Shown here: positions 1-10,862 of the stretch, in pieces
Numbering within the stretch: the first letter of the stretch is position 1
How the letters are laid out: every line of letters starts with the position of its first letter
IMG/VR virus record: IMGVR_UViG_3300033073_001027
Span: 38,114-102,113 of that record
DNA length: 64,000 bases
Strand: one strand, 5' to 3'
Source: a virus
Taxonomy: Duplodnaviria > Caudoviricetes
Notes under the pieces: model-generated
Seen by the model: the letters and a program-made list of their open reading frames with translations, nothing else
Database searches by the model: none
What the model was told of the DNA's origin: nothing
Made by a program: the position numbers and the translations under genes

Positions 1-82
1 TTACATCTGATGCACAGCAAAATTTCACTTCTCCATTTGTATTAAGAAAAAAAGAATCAAATGGATAAGAACACAAAGGCAT
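1..82 (-). CDS. 5' end of a further twitch/SPASM radical SAM protein (runs off window)
   Basis: Manual translation MPLCSYPFDSFFLNTNGEVKFCCASDV matches the N-terminal C-x2-P-[FW]...G-x-V-x2-CC motif of the neighbours; ATG overlaps the upstream TAA. Confidence 0.75.
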   Translation of the reverse strand, partial: MPLCSYPFDSFFLNTNGEVKFCCASDV

Positions 83-936
83 TAAAATCTCTCCAACAAT
101 TCACCATAAATTGTTTCGGATAATTCTACGTGCTTATCATATTTCGCATGCCCAAATCCGCAAACTGGATAACTCTCGGTGGTAAAATATTGTGCATTTT
201 TCAAACGTGATTGAAAATTCTCTGCTGTATTAATCATAGTTTCAGAAATATGTCCATCTATTTGCCCCTGCCCATACCAAGGAATCAACGCATCCCAAGA
301 AGTGGAAATTGTAAACCACACAATTCTGTTATTGTGCCGCGAGGATAATAGGTCCAAATATTTTAATTCTTGATAATACTTACATAACATATTCTTAGGA
401 TTCGCATATTGTAAAACATATTCCTCGTAAGATTTCTTATTCGGCCAGTTCCACCATTGAGCATTAAAATGACCATAGATTATATTGTGTTCTTCGCCAG
501 AATCATCAATCCAAAATTGTCTATTGGGAGCAGGCGCTCCAATTACAACAAGAGATTTATCTGTAATATTACCTGACAGCAAATCTTCTTCTAATTTGTG
601 TATCGAATATGCCAAACTAGATCCACCAAGACCACGATTAACCCAAGGAACATTAAATTTATCAGACAACCAGCGAGGCCATGCAAATTGTTCTTGGTAT
701 TCTCGAACTTTCTGTGCCACATGTTTTGGATCAGGGTTGATAAACCAAGCAGGATTACTACAATATTCTGGGGTAAAATATTTTGCATAAAAATCACCAG
801 TTCTGTGATTTGTATATTCTCGTTTAATTCTATCTACTTCTTGCTCTGACAACTTGTCTATAACAACATGATCCATCAGTTCCTCACCAGAAGTAAAACT
901 GCAACCATATGCAAAAATCTTATCAATTTGTATCAT
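82..936 (-). CDS. SGNH/GDSL hydrolase-like protein
   Basis: GCSFT block I, NRGLGGSS block II, C-terminal GH motif. Confidence 0.55.
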   Translation of the reverse strand: MIQIDKIFAYGCSFTSGEELMDHVVIDKLSEQEVDRIKREYTNHRTGDFYAKYFTPEYCSNPAWFINPDPKHVAQKVREYQEQFAWPRWLSDKFNVPWVNRGLGGSSLAYSIHKLEEDLLSGNITDKSLVVIGAPAPNRQFWIDDSGEEHNIIYGHFNAQWWNWPNKKSYEEYVLQYANPKNMLCKYYQELKYLDLLSSRHNNRIVWFTISTSWDALIPWYGQGQIDGHISETMINTAENFQSRLKNAQYFTTESYPVCGFGHAKYDKHVELSETIYGELLERF

Positions 937-945
937 TAATTCCTC

Positions 946-2133
946 TTAAATTAAATTTGCTTCTCGATATGACAGTAGAATATTACCAAATTCAGGAAAA
1001 ATATCGAAATAATTCTCGTTTCGATATTGATCGTGCAGTTTTATCTTTCGCATCATACTAAGATAATCTGACGGATTATCAATTTTCAAAAATTCCACCA
1101 ACGAAGGAAGTTGTTCGTGTAGAGATTGATTTTTCTGTAATTTTTTTATAACATGTTCTTTTATTTCCATGGGCAAATTTTTCGCCGACAATACGTCAGG
1201 AACATGCACTAAATTCAAATAGACTCCTATTCCCAAAGAGTTAAATACCTCCAAATACTCTGGGACGTAATATATATTAAGAGAACTGATAGTCAGGCAA
1301 ATTTGAACATCATTCGGTCCATATCTTTCAAGGAACCTTTGTAAATTTTCAGACACCTTGCCCCAAGAAGCAGGATGTCGCATATATTCAAATTGTTTAC
1401 CTACTCCATCTATGCTAAACATAAAATCAACACGCATAAATTCGTTCCAGATTTCGTTCATTGCGAATTCAGGAAAAACAGTTCCATTGGTATTATAATG
1501 GATTCTTTGTTTTTTACTATAACCAGCAGAAATACTTTTTCGTAATAGACTATAATGTTGCTCGTTAATTAGCGGTTCTCCGCCATATATTTCAAATAAT
1601 TCAATTTGCGGAAGAAGCGTCTCGAGATCATTCCAAAACTCAGAATTATATAATGGCCACTGTAATACTTTTCTGTAGTTTCCATCAGAGGAAAGGTTTG
1701 AATAATTTTGTAAAAACCCACCAAGACCAAGATCAATTGTTTCTCGAATCCATTTACTAGAACTTGTTGCCGTACAAGTCCTGCATTTTAAATTACAAGT
1801 ATTACCTAACTTGACATCTAAAAATTTCAACTCAGGAGTAGTATGAACGCCCCATCTTTTATTTTCTCTCTGCCTCTTACTTTCTTTACCGCATAACTCT
1901 TCTTCCCAACAAACACGACAACCACTTGGTTTCTCTCCATTTACCATGGATTCGCGCAACTCTTTAATTGAGTTTGAATTCCAAACTTCACTTAGAGTGT
2001 CAGAAGAAAGAGTAAATAATGAGTTATCGTCTCGCGTATAGAATTGTTGATTCAGACAACAGGGACTAACTAAACCATCTGCTCGACTTTCTAAATGTAT
2101 GAATGGTAGAACACAATAAGAATCACTGGTCAT
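946..2133 (-). CDS. Radical SAM protein with N-terminal twitch/SPASM domain
   Basis: CNLKCRTC, GGEPL, YNTNGT; N-terminal C..PF..CC and CxxC. Confidence 0.9.
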   Translation of the reverse strand: MTSDSYCVLPFIHLESRADGLVSPCCLNQQFYTRDDNSLFTLSSDTLSEVWNSNSIKELRESMVNGEKPSGCRVCWEEELCGKESKRQRENKRWGVHTTPELKFLDVKLGNTCNLKCRTCTATSSSKWIRETIDLGLGGFLQNYSNLSSDGNYRKVLQWPLYNSEFWNDLETLLPQIELFEIYGGEPLINEQHYSLLRKSISAGYSKKQRIHYNTNGTVFPEFAMNEIWNEFMRVDFMFSIDGVGKQFEYMRHPASWGKVSENLQRFLERYGPNDVQICLTISSLNIYYVPEYLEVFNSLGIGVYLNLVHVPDVLSAKNLPMEIKEHVIKKLQKNQSLHEQLPSLVEFLKIDNPSDYLSMMRKIKLHDQYRNENYFDIFPEFGNILLSYREANLI

Positions 2134-3334
2134 TAAATAAATCCTGGTATTCTGGAAACACTGAAAAGAAATCTTCGTTTCTAATTCTGTCGATAATTTG
2201 AATTTCTTCCAGCAATTCTGGTAATTGATGTGATCTATCTTCTGCCATCATATAATCTTTTAAATGATTAATTTGAGCAATACTGTTAGTTCTATCTGTC
2301 ATACTTACATTACCGACCAAATAAGTTTCTTCAATAAATGAATTGAATCTAACCAGAAGTTCTTCTTTGTATTTTGCGGGCAATACCTGAATACGCATAA
2401 ACTCTGGAGTTTGTATTGGATTTACCATCCATCCATTATCATCAATAAATCCAGAATTTATACAGTGTCGAATAAAATCTGTTAAATCATATGCATTAAA
2501 AACGCCAACAGTCGCGCTGATTTTCAACGAAATGTGAGGACATTCTCGTTTGATTGCTCGAATATTATCTTCAATCTCAGACCAGACAGTCCCCTTTCGC
2601 AAATACTCTCCTCGTTCTAGATAAGAATCTAGACTAGCCCAAACCTCAACAGTATCAAAATGATTCCAATATTCTAATACATTAATATTTTTGTAATTCA
2701 ATTTACTAAGATTAGTATTATATCTAAGGAGAACATTAGTTTTTTTGCGATCGATCAACTCTTGCAATATCATGTAATGTTGTTCCATGATAAGAGGTTC
2801 TCCTCCTGCAAAATATATTTCTTCAACATAATCAAAATGTGGATATATTTGTTCCCAAAGATCAATCTTTTGCGGAGAAGAAAACCAATCTTCACCCACC
2901 TTACCGAATCTTATTTTTGAATCAGAATGCCAACCTGAACTTAATTGCGGACCACAAGATCTACACTTAAAGTTACAAATATTACTGAAACGAAAATCCC
3001 AATAATACATTTTAAATTGATCTAACGACCCATCTTCATTTGTCATATTGAACAAATACTGTTTGTCTTTATTATATTCGTTCAATCTTGTTCGATTGCT
3101 GTTGCCCGAATGCTTTTCTTGTAAATAACAACGAGAACAGATCTCAGATTTTTCTCCGTTTAACATTTTTTTACGAAGAGTTTTCATTTGGTCATTATTC
3201 CATATCTCTTCTAATGTGGAATCTGCGAGATTCCCAACATCAAGATGATGTGATGTCATACAACAAGGTAAAACCTTATTGTTTGGCAACGTATGTAAAT
3301 GAATCCAAGGAGAAATACAAAGAGTATCAGACAT
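2123..3334 (-). CDS. Radical SAM/twitch protein
   Basis: CNFKCRSC, GGEPL; start reassigned to MSDTLC by paralog comparison. Confidence 0.9.
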   Translation of the reverse strand: MSDTLCISPWIHLHTLPNNKVLPCCMTSHHLDVGNLADSTLEEIWNNDQMKTLRKKMLNGEKSEICSRCYLQEKHSGNSNRTRLNEYNKDKQYLFNMTNEDGSLDQFKMYYWDFRFSNICNFKCRSCGPQLSSGWHSDSKIRFGKVGEDWFSSPQKIDLWEQIYPHFDYVEEIYFAGGEPLIMEQHYMILQELIDRKKTNVLLRYNTNLSKLNYKNINVLEYWNHFDTVEVWASLDSYLERGEYLRKGTVWSEIEDNIRAIKRECPHISLKISATVGVFNAYDLTDFIRHCINSGFIDDNGWMVNPIQTPEFMRIQVLPAKYKEELLVRFNSFIEETYLVGNVSMTDRTNSIAQINHLKDYMMAEDRSHQLPELLEEIQIIDRIRNEDFFSVFPEYQDLFNDQ

Positions 3335-4529
3335 AGCGGGATAGTTCCTCGAACCACTCAGGAAATGTTTGTTGGAAATCTTCATTGCGCAAATTGTCAA
3401 GTTTTTTTGTAATATCACTAAATTCAGAAAGTAAATTCTGATCTTTATTCATTGTCAAAAAATTAGTTACTGTTTGCTCTACTCGTTTGCCTTGAACTCG
3501 GGAGATAATTATATCCTTCAATGTTCTTGGTAAAATTCTGGGATCATAATATGCAGGATCGGTGACAAAATTTATAGAAATATTATTTGTATACTTGCTG
3601 AAATAGTCTTCAAACTCAGATAGGTAAAAAATATTAAAAATAGAAACTGTTTGTAGGACACTATAACTCAAGTTGCTATGCGTTTCACACAAATTACGAA
3701 TCCAGTCAAACGTTTCCATTACTGTATTCCATTTAGAAGGCCAACGGATATACTTATTTCGATCATACAAGTCATCAATAGAGAGCATAAATTGCACTCT
3801 TTTAAATTTTTTCCAAACATCATTATATTCTGTATTGATAATAGTAGTATTGGTAGAATAAATTATTTCGATGTGTTCAGAATCACCAGATTGAACTAAC
3901 GACTCTAGAAAATGTTTATGTTTGTCTATCAACAAAGGTTCACCACCATTGATATACAGTAACCTTAATGATTTTCTATGCACAAACAATTTATCCCAAA
4001 ACTCAGAATCCAAACACCAATTAAACTTGTTTTTATCTATGTTGGTAGGAGAGAATCCATGAATTGCTTCAAATGCGGGAAACCATCTACTGCTAGAATA
4101 AATGTTACAAGATCTACAAGCAAGATTGCAATGATTGCCCAATCTTAATTCCACCATCTCATAATTTACATCGACGCTTCCGTCCGCAGAGGTATCTTTT
4201 ATTGCGTCATCATAAGAGTATTCGAGTCTTTCCAATTCAAATTGCCGTTTACTTGTAATTCCAACACGTTCTTTATCGAAACACCGACTGCACTGCACAG
4301 GTTCCTGCCCCGCCAACATTTCCAAGCGGACTTTTTTAAAAGATTCGCTATTCTGAATTGGTTTAAAATCGTATTGCGTATTGTTTAACGTTCTATATTC
4401 AGGTTTCTCGAATTTATCAAATGCTTCTGACATTCTAGAATCGTGTCTTGCCTCACAACACAATGTAACTGAACCATGTGGATGCGTTGCAAGATGATTC
4501 CAGGGTAATGGACAAAATGTTTTACTCAT
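3327..4529 (-). CDS. Radical SAM/twitch protein
   Basis: CNLACRSC, GGEPL, N-terminal FCPLPW..CC. Confidence 0.9.
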   Translation of the reverse strand: MSKTFCPLPWNHLATHPHGSVTLCCEARHDSRMSEAFDKFEKPEYRTLNNTQYDFKPIQNSESFKKVRLEMLAGQEPVQCSRCFDKERVGITSKRQFELERLEYSYDDAIKDTSADGSVDVNYEMVELRLGNHCNLACRSCNIYSSSRWFPAFEAIHGFSPTNIDKNKFNWCLDSEFWDKLFVHRKSLRLLYINGGEPLLIDKHKHFLESLVQSGDSEHIEIIYSTNTTIINTEYNDVWKKFKRVQFMLSIDDLYDRNKYIRWPSKWNTVMETFDWIRNLCETHSNLSYSVLQTVSIFNIFYLSEFEDYFSKYTNNISINFVTDPAYYDPRILPRTLKDIIISRVQGKRVEQTVTNFLTMNKDQNLLSEFSDITKKLDNLRNEDFQQTFPEWFEELSRYV

Positions 4530-4535
4530 AAGTTT

Positions 4536-5852
4536 TTACTCATTAATAGAATCCCACCATACCTTAGCGTTGTCGGTCAAGCACTCTCGGAATGTTATAT
4601 CCTGAGTTCGCAATCTCTCTGTTGTTAATATGTTTTTTTTACCCTTTGATGCTGCTTGCCAATATTGTTCAGTCCATTCTTCCTGGAAAGTTTTTCTATT
4701 TAACAATTCTAACAACGTATGTTTATATATCATTGTTTTGTGCGTTAACTTCGGTTCAATGTATTGCAGAATATCGTGAATAATTTCTTCCAATATTTGT
4801 CGAGGTAGACACATTGGAGACATAAGAACAGAAGGGTCGAAGGCAAAGGTTACTTTTAAGTAAGTTTTAACGTCCAACTCGGTAACAACATCAAACAACT
4901 CTTTTAGATGAATCAATCCAGGAGTTGTTAACGTGACATCGAATACTATAGCATCGTCATTGTATAGATCAAGAAGAAACATTCCTTCTTTAAAATTATG
5001 CAACCACTTATCCCAGTCTAATCCTGTTCTGATATACTCTCCGACAGTTCCAACGCCATCTATGCTCGCACAGATATTTACATTCTTAAAATGCGGCAAG
5101 TATTCATATAGATTATGTTCTTTGTAGGATATTCTACTTAGATTGGTATTATATCGAACAACCACATCCTTACTTTTACCAGTATCAACCAGTTGTTTCA
5201 TTATCGACCAATGTCGTTCCCACATCAAGGGTTCACCGCCAACCCAATAGATTTCTTCGATGATTCCAGAATCAACTGCAGATTGTAATTCTGTTTCTAG
5301 GACTTCCTTTTGGAAATTTCTAATTTTTTCTCTGTTTGCAGGTTGCAACCAAGGATTGCCAGCGTAATCCACTAGATCGTTCTTTACTTTCTCAGTTTCC
5401 CAAGAAGAACTTAATTGCTCACCGCACATTCGACATTTAAAATTGCAAAGATTAGATATTCTATAGTCATAGGAAACAGGAGATAAGGTCGTATATCCTG
5501 TTTCGTCTGTAGATTCTAAAATCTCATCTATCTTGTGCGGAAATAAAGTTTCTGTAAAGTATTTTTTATATGTGTGCAGATTTAATATTTGATTATTACA
5601 AACATCGCATTGTGAAATTTTCTCACCAGAAAGAATTCGCTTTCGAATATCTTTCATATACTCGCTGTTCCAGTGTTCTTCCAGACTCTTCGGCGAAAAC
5701 TCTTGCACTTGTTCTCCCCCAGGAGCATCAATATACTGCCTCTGGAATTCAGGAGTCTCTCTGCTTGCACAGCAAAGTCTGCGCTCCCCCTGCGGACTGA
5801 CGAATGTGTGAGTCCAAGGGGCAACGCAGAAGTATTCTGAAACTTTAGTCAT
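4536..5852 (-). CDS. Radical SAM/twitch protein
   Basis: CNFKCRMC, GGEPL, N-terminal FCVAPW..CC. Confidence 0.9.
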   Translation of the reverse strand: MTKVSEYFCVAPWTHTFVSPQGERRLCCASRETPEFQRQYIDAPGGEQVQEFSPKSLEEHWNSEYMKDIRKRILSGEKISQCDVCNNQILNLHTYKKYFTETLFPHKIDEILESTDETGYTTLSPVSYDYRISNLCNFKCRMCGEQLSSSWETEKVKNDLVDYAGNPWLQPANREKIRNFQKEVLETELQSAVDSGIIEEIYWVGGEPLMWERHWSIMKQLVDTGKSKDVVVRYNTNLSRISYKEHNLYEYLPHFKNVNICASIDGVGTVGEYIRTGLDWDKWLHNFKEGMFLLDLYNDDAIVFDVTLTTPGLIHLKELFDVVTELDVKTYLKVTFAFDPSVLMSPMCLPRQILEEIIHDILQYIEPKLTHKTMIYKHTLLELLNRKTFQEEWTEQYWQAASKGKKNILTTERLRTQDITFRECLTDNAKVWWDSINE

Positions 5853-7362
5853 ACTTTGCTAAAGGTTCGTCGATATTTTTACTATCTGGATTCAGAATCC
5901 AACCTTCTTCTTTAGCGATACGAAGCAAGTCTTCATCGTCTAGATACTGAACAGTGCTATCACCATTGATCAGTTCTGTTCTCTTATTCAAACGTGTATC
6001 AGGAATTGTCTCATACCACTCTCGCAAAATATTTGGGAATGTATCAAGCAAGTTTTTTTCTCTGCGCTGATCATATTGACTGTAGAAAGTTTTAAAGTCT
6101 CTCCACAGAGTCATCTTGTTACTCGTTCTACGATGTGGCGCATCAACAATTTCAAGATAATCAATCAGACGTTCAATACTGGCACGTTCAAATGAATGCC
6201 ACAATGGTCTATCCTTCGCGATGTTCCACCAGTCCTGTAGTTTCTCTCTACAATAATTCTTCAAGTGATCTGGTAGGGCGAGAGGACTCTGGAAACTCGG
6301 AAACCGCAGGATGTTCAGACTCAACGAAGGGTCTTTACATTGACTTATTTCCTTGATGTTATACATATCCTCCATAAACTCAGTTATGTTAAACAAACAT
6401 AGACTGTTAATAGTCATCATGATGTGGACCTGTTTTACATCAGGAGAAAACACCAGACGCTCGATATTCTTGCGCCAAGTCTTCCACTCAAACCCGTCGC
6501 GAATGTATTCTGCATGCGCATGAGTCGTTTCGCAACTTGTATAGACATGAAATTCCTTGATAGACTTCGCCTTCTCAAGAAGTTTATCGATGATGGCATC
6601 TTTAGCAATAAGGTTGCTATTGACAGCAAAACGCATATTGTTATCTGGGTTTTCTTCGAACCAGTCAAAGAGTTTCCAAGTTTCAGGACTCATTAGCGGT
6701 TCGCCGCCTGTAATTCTAAGTTCTTCTAGACTGCCAGACAGTCCACTGTTCCACCACTTCCAAAAAGCAGTGATGTATGGATTTTCCTCATCTCTGGAAA
6801 ATGGTTCAGTCCAAGATCCATCTTGTTCGAAGGCACCTGCGCCATCAGAAACTAGATTCTGATACGGTCCATTGTTTTTAATGTCTCGTGCCCAAGAAGT
6901 GGAGAAACTTGCATTACAATATGAGCATGCTAAATTGCAAGTTCGATCGAATGCAATCTCAAATGTTTTCAGATTAACGTCATCTTTCCAATTCATTTCT
7001 TGAATGACTTTGAGTTCTTCATCGGTATAGATCACTGACTTGAATACTCTATCGCTAACAGCATCAACACCCATATCTTCTATACGCCAGCAGTATTCAC
7101 ACTCACGAGGTCTGTCACCCTCTTGCATCATTTTACGCATTGCCTTTTTGTGCATGGTATTATGAATCGCTGTAGGATTATTTTCGATTTCCTCGAGAGG
7201 AATTTTATGTGCTGGCGGGTGATGACAACTGGCAGTAGTTCCACTACCTAACCAAGTAGTCGCATTAAACCACTTCGCGCCACAGAAACTCTTAGACTTA
7301 GTATCAAGAACTCTTTTTCGATAATCAATTAGAGTTTCATCACCTTGCGGACCTTTGCTCAT
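5845..7362 (-). CDS. Radical SAM/twitch protein, SCHHP subfamily
   Basis: CNLACSYC, TGGEPL, FCGAKW..SCHHP, CEYCW. Confidence 0.9.
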   Translation of the reverse strand: MSKGPQGDETLIDYRKRVLDTKSKSFCGAKWFNATTWLGSGTTASCHHPPAHKIPLEEIENNPTAIHNTMHKKAMRKMMQEGDRPRECEYCWRIEDMGVDAVSDRVFKSVIYTDEELKVIQEMNWKDDVNLKTFEIAFDRTCNLACSYCNASFSTSWARDIKNNGPYQNLVSDGAGAFEQDGSWTEPFSRDEENPYITAFWKWWNSGLSGSLEELRITGGEPLMSPETWKLFDWFEENPDNNMRFAVNSNLIAKDAIIDKLLEKAKSIKEFHVYTSCETTHAHAEYIRDGFEWKTWRKNIERLVFSPDVKQVHIMMTINSLCLFNITEFMEDMYNIKEISQCKDPSLSLNILRFPSFQSPLALPDHLKNYCREKLQDWWNIAKDRPLWHSFERASIERLIDYLEIVDAPHRRTSNKMTLWRDFKTFYSQYDQRREKNLLDTFPNILREWYETIPDTRLNKRTELINGDSTVQYLDDEDLLRIAKEEGWILNPDSKNIDEPLAKYD

Positions 7363-8744
7363 TTCCACTCCTCAATTAAATGTGTATATTCGGGGAAAGT
7401 TTCTGCGAAGTTCTTTCCTCTGCGCTTATCGTATTCATTGACAAACTTAACGAAATCTGCTCTATACTTGTCTTGTGTTGGTTCAGTTCGCAGATAATCA
7501 CAGAACCTTTGTATTTGATCGAACTCTTCCAGATATAATCTGGCATGGTGAGAAGGAGAATGATATTTTAACCATCCTCTGCAATATTCTTCAATTTGAT
7601 CGGCGTACATATCTCGTGTTGCTTTATCGAGCATAGTTGCCTGAAGGTGAACAGGATATCGCAAGTAATTAACACTAAGAGGAATCATATTCTCTTCAGT
7701 AAACTTGTTGAAGAATACTCTGAGTTCCATCAATTCTTCAATAAACTTAGTAAATGTTGGAAGACTGAGAATATTGATTGTTGTCATAATAGTCACTCTG
7801 GACTTGGTCATGTTCAGAATTTTTTGAACATTATTATGCCAATCTCTATAATTTAAACCATCTCTAGCATATTCTGCCTGTTTACCATAACTTTCTATAC
7901 TGGTATAGATGTCGATCTGCTTCACACTATATTCGAGATCATTAATATCTGCAATCAATCTGTCAATCAATTCAGGAGAAGAACCCAAGTTAGTATTAAC
8001 TGCCAGTTCTAAGTTTGGTTGTGGATTCTTCTTGATCATCTCCATAGTCTGCCAGAAATCCTTACTCATGGTCGGTTCTCCGCCAGTCATGCGGAACACC
8101 CTAAGATACTTCAATGCTTCTGGAAACCAAATTTTAAATGCTTCGGAGTAAGGATTGTGTTCACTGTTTTTATATGGAAACCGTCCTGCTTCCTTCAACC
8201 AATCAAGATGATGTGCACTAAACGTCGTTGGATATGGACCATTCTGCTTAATATCTTCCATCCATTTGCTAGAAATTTCAGGAGAACAATACGCACAAGC
8301 AAAATTGCAAGCATTAGAAAATGAAACTTCTAGATATGTAGGATACACGTTTTGATCCCACGGATGAGAAGATAATTCTTCTACCTTATCAAACGACCAA
8401 TGTTCTGCTGTTTTGTAATGTCGATCCGAAAAATAGTCTTTACCGAGATCTTCAATTTTCCAACAGTATTCACACTCGCGAGGTCTTTGCCCCTCTAACA
8501 TAAGTTGACGTTGTTTTTTCTTGTGTTCGCTGTTGTGCAGAGACGAAACATCATTTTCAATCTCTGACAGGGGAATTTTATGCGGCGATGGATGGTGGCA
8601 AGAATGATTGAATCCATTTTGCAAATACAATGTAGTTTGTAACCATTTTGCGGCGCAAAATGTAGGGCTGATTGTATTCATCACATCGCGTTTGCGCTTC
8701 AGTTCTTCAATTCTTGCTTCATTTGTTCCAGTATTAACGTTCAT
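7359..8744 (-). CDS. Radical SAM/twitch protein, SCHHP subfamily
   Basis: CNFACAYC, TGGEP, FCAAKW..SCHHP, CEYCW. Confidence 0.9.
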   Translation of the reverse strand: MNVNTGTNEARIEELKRKRDVMNTISPTFCAAKWLQTTLYLQNGFNHSCHHPSPHKIPLSEIENDVSSLHNSEHKKKQRQLMLEGQRPRECEYCWKIEDLGKDYFSDRHYKTAEHWSFDKVEELSSHPWDQNVYPTYLEVSFSNACNFACAYCSPEISSKWMEDIKQNGPYPTTFSAHHLDWLKEAGRFPYKNSEHNPYSEAFKIWFPEALKYLRVFRMTGGEPTMSKDFWQTMEMIKKNPQPNLELAVNTNLGSSPELIDRLIADINDLEYSVKQIDIYTSIESYGKQAEYARDGLNYRDWHNNVQKILNMTKSRVTIMTTINILSLPTFTKFIEELMELRVFFNKFTEENMIPLSVNYLRYPVHLQATMLDKATRDMYADQIEEYCRGWLKYHSPSHHARLYLEEFDQIQRFCDYLRTEPTQDKYRADFVKFVNEYDKRRGKNFAETFPEYTHLIEEWK

Positions 8745-10057
8745 AATGTTTTACACCACTCTAAAAATTCTTTAAATTCAGGAAATGTCTCTATCAAATT
8801 AGTTCCACTGCGAAGATCGTACTCGGGAAAGAACTTGGCAAATTCTTTACGAGCACGCAGACGGTATTCTTCTGTGACTGCATGTGAGTCTTGATAAAAA
8901 TATTCACGAACTCGTTCCATTTTACCGATTTCTATTTTACTGAATCCATTATGATTCATAAACTCAACATCTCGATCTATATATACTCCGAACTCTCTCG
9001 GTAGAATATTCATTGTCCAGTGTGGAGGTTCTTTAAGATGTGGGATGTCAATCAGAATACGTTCACCCCATTTTGCTCTAAGTTCTACAATCAACTGTAG
9101 GAAGTCTTTAAAGTATGGAACAGTCAGAACATTATACGTTGTCATAAAACTCAGATACGCTGTTGGCACCGTTTCTAGAACAGTATTTACGTTCTCGAGA
9201 AACAGTTCGTAGTTTAGACCACGACGAATATACTCTGCTTGCTTACCTGTGCATTCGAGACTCGTAAACAATCGCAAATTCTTGATGTGCTTTGCTTCAA
9301 TCAAACCCTGCACACGTTCGCAAAAATCTTTAACTTTACGAGTTGTAACACCAAGGTTGGTATTGATCTGTAAAAATAATTCTGGGTTACCATCTTCCTT
9401 TAACATATCCAGCAACTTAAATGTGTTTGTTGTCATCAGAGGTTCGCCACCAGTGATGCGGAAGATCTTCAAATCGTTCTTCAGATCAGGCCACCATTTC
9501 CAAAATGCTTCGACGTATGGATTGTATTCTTTTTCAGAATAAATTTTGCCATGCACACCATATGGACTATTTGAAATATCATAATCCCCAAATTGAGATA
9601 TTTCCTCCTGCCACATCGAAGAAAACGTAGAACAACAATATCCGCACTTGAAGTTACAAGCATTGCTGAAACTAATTTCCATGTTATAAGGATTTACGTC
9701 TTGATCCCATGGAGTATTGCGAAGTAGTTCCGTCTCTTCGTCTAACACAAATAGATTATTAATGCTGTCCGTATTTTTATATACTCGGTCGCTAGTTTTA
9801 TCTAAATCTTCTATGCTCCAGCAATATGAACATTCACTAGGTCTGCCACCTTCAAGCATATTTTTACGCTGTTGTTTTTCATGAGATGTATTGTGGAGGG
9901 CAGAAGGATTACTTTTAATTTCCTCCTGTGGGATATATAGAGGAGGTGGATGATGACAACTGTGTTTCTCCCCAGAGTGAAGATAAAGCGCAAGCCATCT
10001 CCACTTCTGGGGGCAAAACCCAGCACCAACAGAATCCAGTTTTTCTTTTACATTCAA
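8741..10057 (-). CDS. Radical SAM/twitch protein, SCHHP subfamily
   Basis: CNFKCGYC, TGGEPL, FCPQKW..SCHHP, CSYCW. Confidence 0.9.
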   Translation of the reverse strand: MNVKEKLDSVGAGFCPQKWRWLALYLHSGEKHSCHHPPPLYIPQEEIKSNPSALHNTSHEKQQRKNMLEGGRPSECSYCWSIEDLDKTSDRVYKNTDSINNLFVLDEETELLRNTPWDQDVNPYNMEISFSNACNFKCGYCCSTFSSMWQEEISQFGDYDISNSPYGVHGKIYSEKEYNPYVEAFWKWWPDLKNDLKIFRITGGEPLMTTNTFKLLDMLKEDGNPELFLQINTNLGVTTRKVKDFCERVQGLIEAKHIKNLRLFTSLECTGKQAEYIRRGLNYELFLENVNTVLETVPTAYLSFMTTYNVLTVPYFKDFLQLIVELRAKWGERILIDIPHLKEPPHWTMNILPREFGVYIDRDVEFMNHNGFSKIEIGKMERVREYFYQDSHAVTEEYRLRARKEFAKFFPEYDLRSGTNLIETFPEFKEFLEWCKTL

Positions 10058-10449
10058 CCTCTGCGCATCCTTGCTACCTCATGTGCCTGTTCTTCGCTGA
10101 TAATAGGAACAGCATTGCTCTTGTGCATTGTGGCGATACCCTTGATAAGAGTGCCAGTGTATGTGTTCTCTTTGCGAGCAAAGGTGACACCAACACCTTC
10201 CTCTGATTTATAACGTTCGCGATGGTCGGACTTGTATGGTTCAGGTGCCTTGGTACCACGAAGTTTCGGATTATATTTACCCTGACGATATGCGACATAC
10301 TCGTCGAATGTCTTGGTCTTGCAACCGAGACGCTTCATTTGCTTGTTGTGATCTGCCCAGTCTTGAGCATACTTCGCAGTCGGAACTTTCGACTTACGAT
10401 GCTTAGTATTCGTAGTGGTATACGCATGAGACATAAGGTGCATAGTCAT
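10054..10449 (-). CDS. Hypothetical basic phage protein
   Basis: AGGAG RBS; C-terminal GIATMHKSNAVP motif recalled from T4-like phages. Confidence 0.7.
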   Translation of the reverse strand: MTMHLMSHAYTTTNTKHRKSKVPTAKYAQDWADHNKQMKRLGCKTKTFDEYVAYRQGKYNPKLRGTKAPEPYKSDHRERYKSEEGVGVTFARKENTYTGTLIKGIATMHKSNAVPIISEEQAHEVARMRRG

Positions 10450-10480
10450 AACAAACTCCTATTTCAAAGTCAACATACTT

Positions 10481-10509
10481 GTTATACCCTAACTGCGCAA
10501 TATTGTCAA
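10481..10509 (-). promoter_or_regulatory. Sigma70-type early promoter
   Basis: TTGACA-N17-TATAAC. Confidence 0.75.
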
Positions 10510-10524
10510 GGGAAAAATAGGGGC

Positions 10525-10553
10525 TTGACATTTTTAGTGTAATCAAGTAGAAT
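10525..10553 (+). promoter_or_regulatory. Sigma70-type early promoter (divergent)
   Basis: GGGCTTGACA-N17-TAGAAT. Confidence 0.8.
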
Positions 10554-10579
10554 GGTGGTTTGTTTGAGGAGAAGAAACG

Positions 10580-10852
10580 ATGAATATTTTTTATGAAACT
10601 GGTAATGCGAAAAATAGCGACTTTGATCCGTTTGTAATCCGTAAAATGAACCCGAATAGTGCTTGGGCGAATCATTCCTATAATCATTTTGTTCTGACCC
10701 ATATTTTTCGGAATTCGCCTGATCCTCGGGAAAAAATCCAAGCCGGAAAGGAAATTGAAATCGCTGAACGTAAGATGAAGTTTTGGGAACGTCATCCAGA
10801 TTTTGAACTCGATCATGCAGAATTCTATCGGAAAAAATATTACCGAATGTGA
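10580..10852 (+). CDS. Hypothetical protein
   Basis: GAGGAG RBS, own promoter. Confidence 0.75.
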   Translation: MNIFYETGNAKNSDFDPFVIRKMNPNSAWANHSYNHFVLTHIFRNSPDPREKIQAGKEIEIAERKMKFWERHPDFELDHAEFYRKKYYRM

Positions 10853-10862
10853 TTTTTAGGGA

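Noticed and set aside
10054-10449. RiPP precursor for the radical SAM array
   Set aside because: Looks like an ordinary basic phage protein with no leader/core pattern
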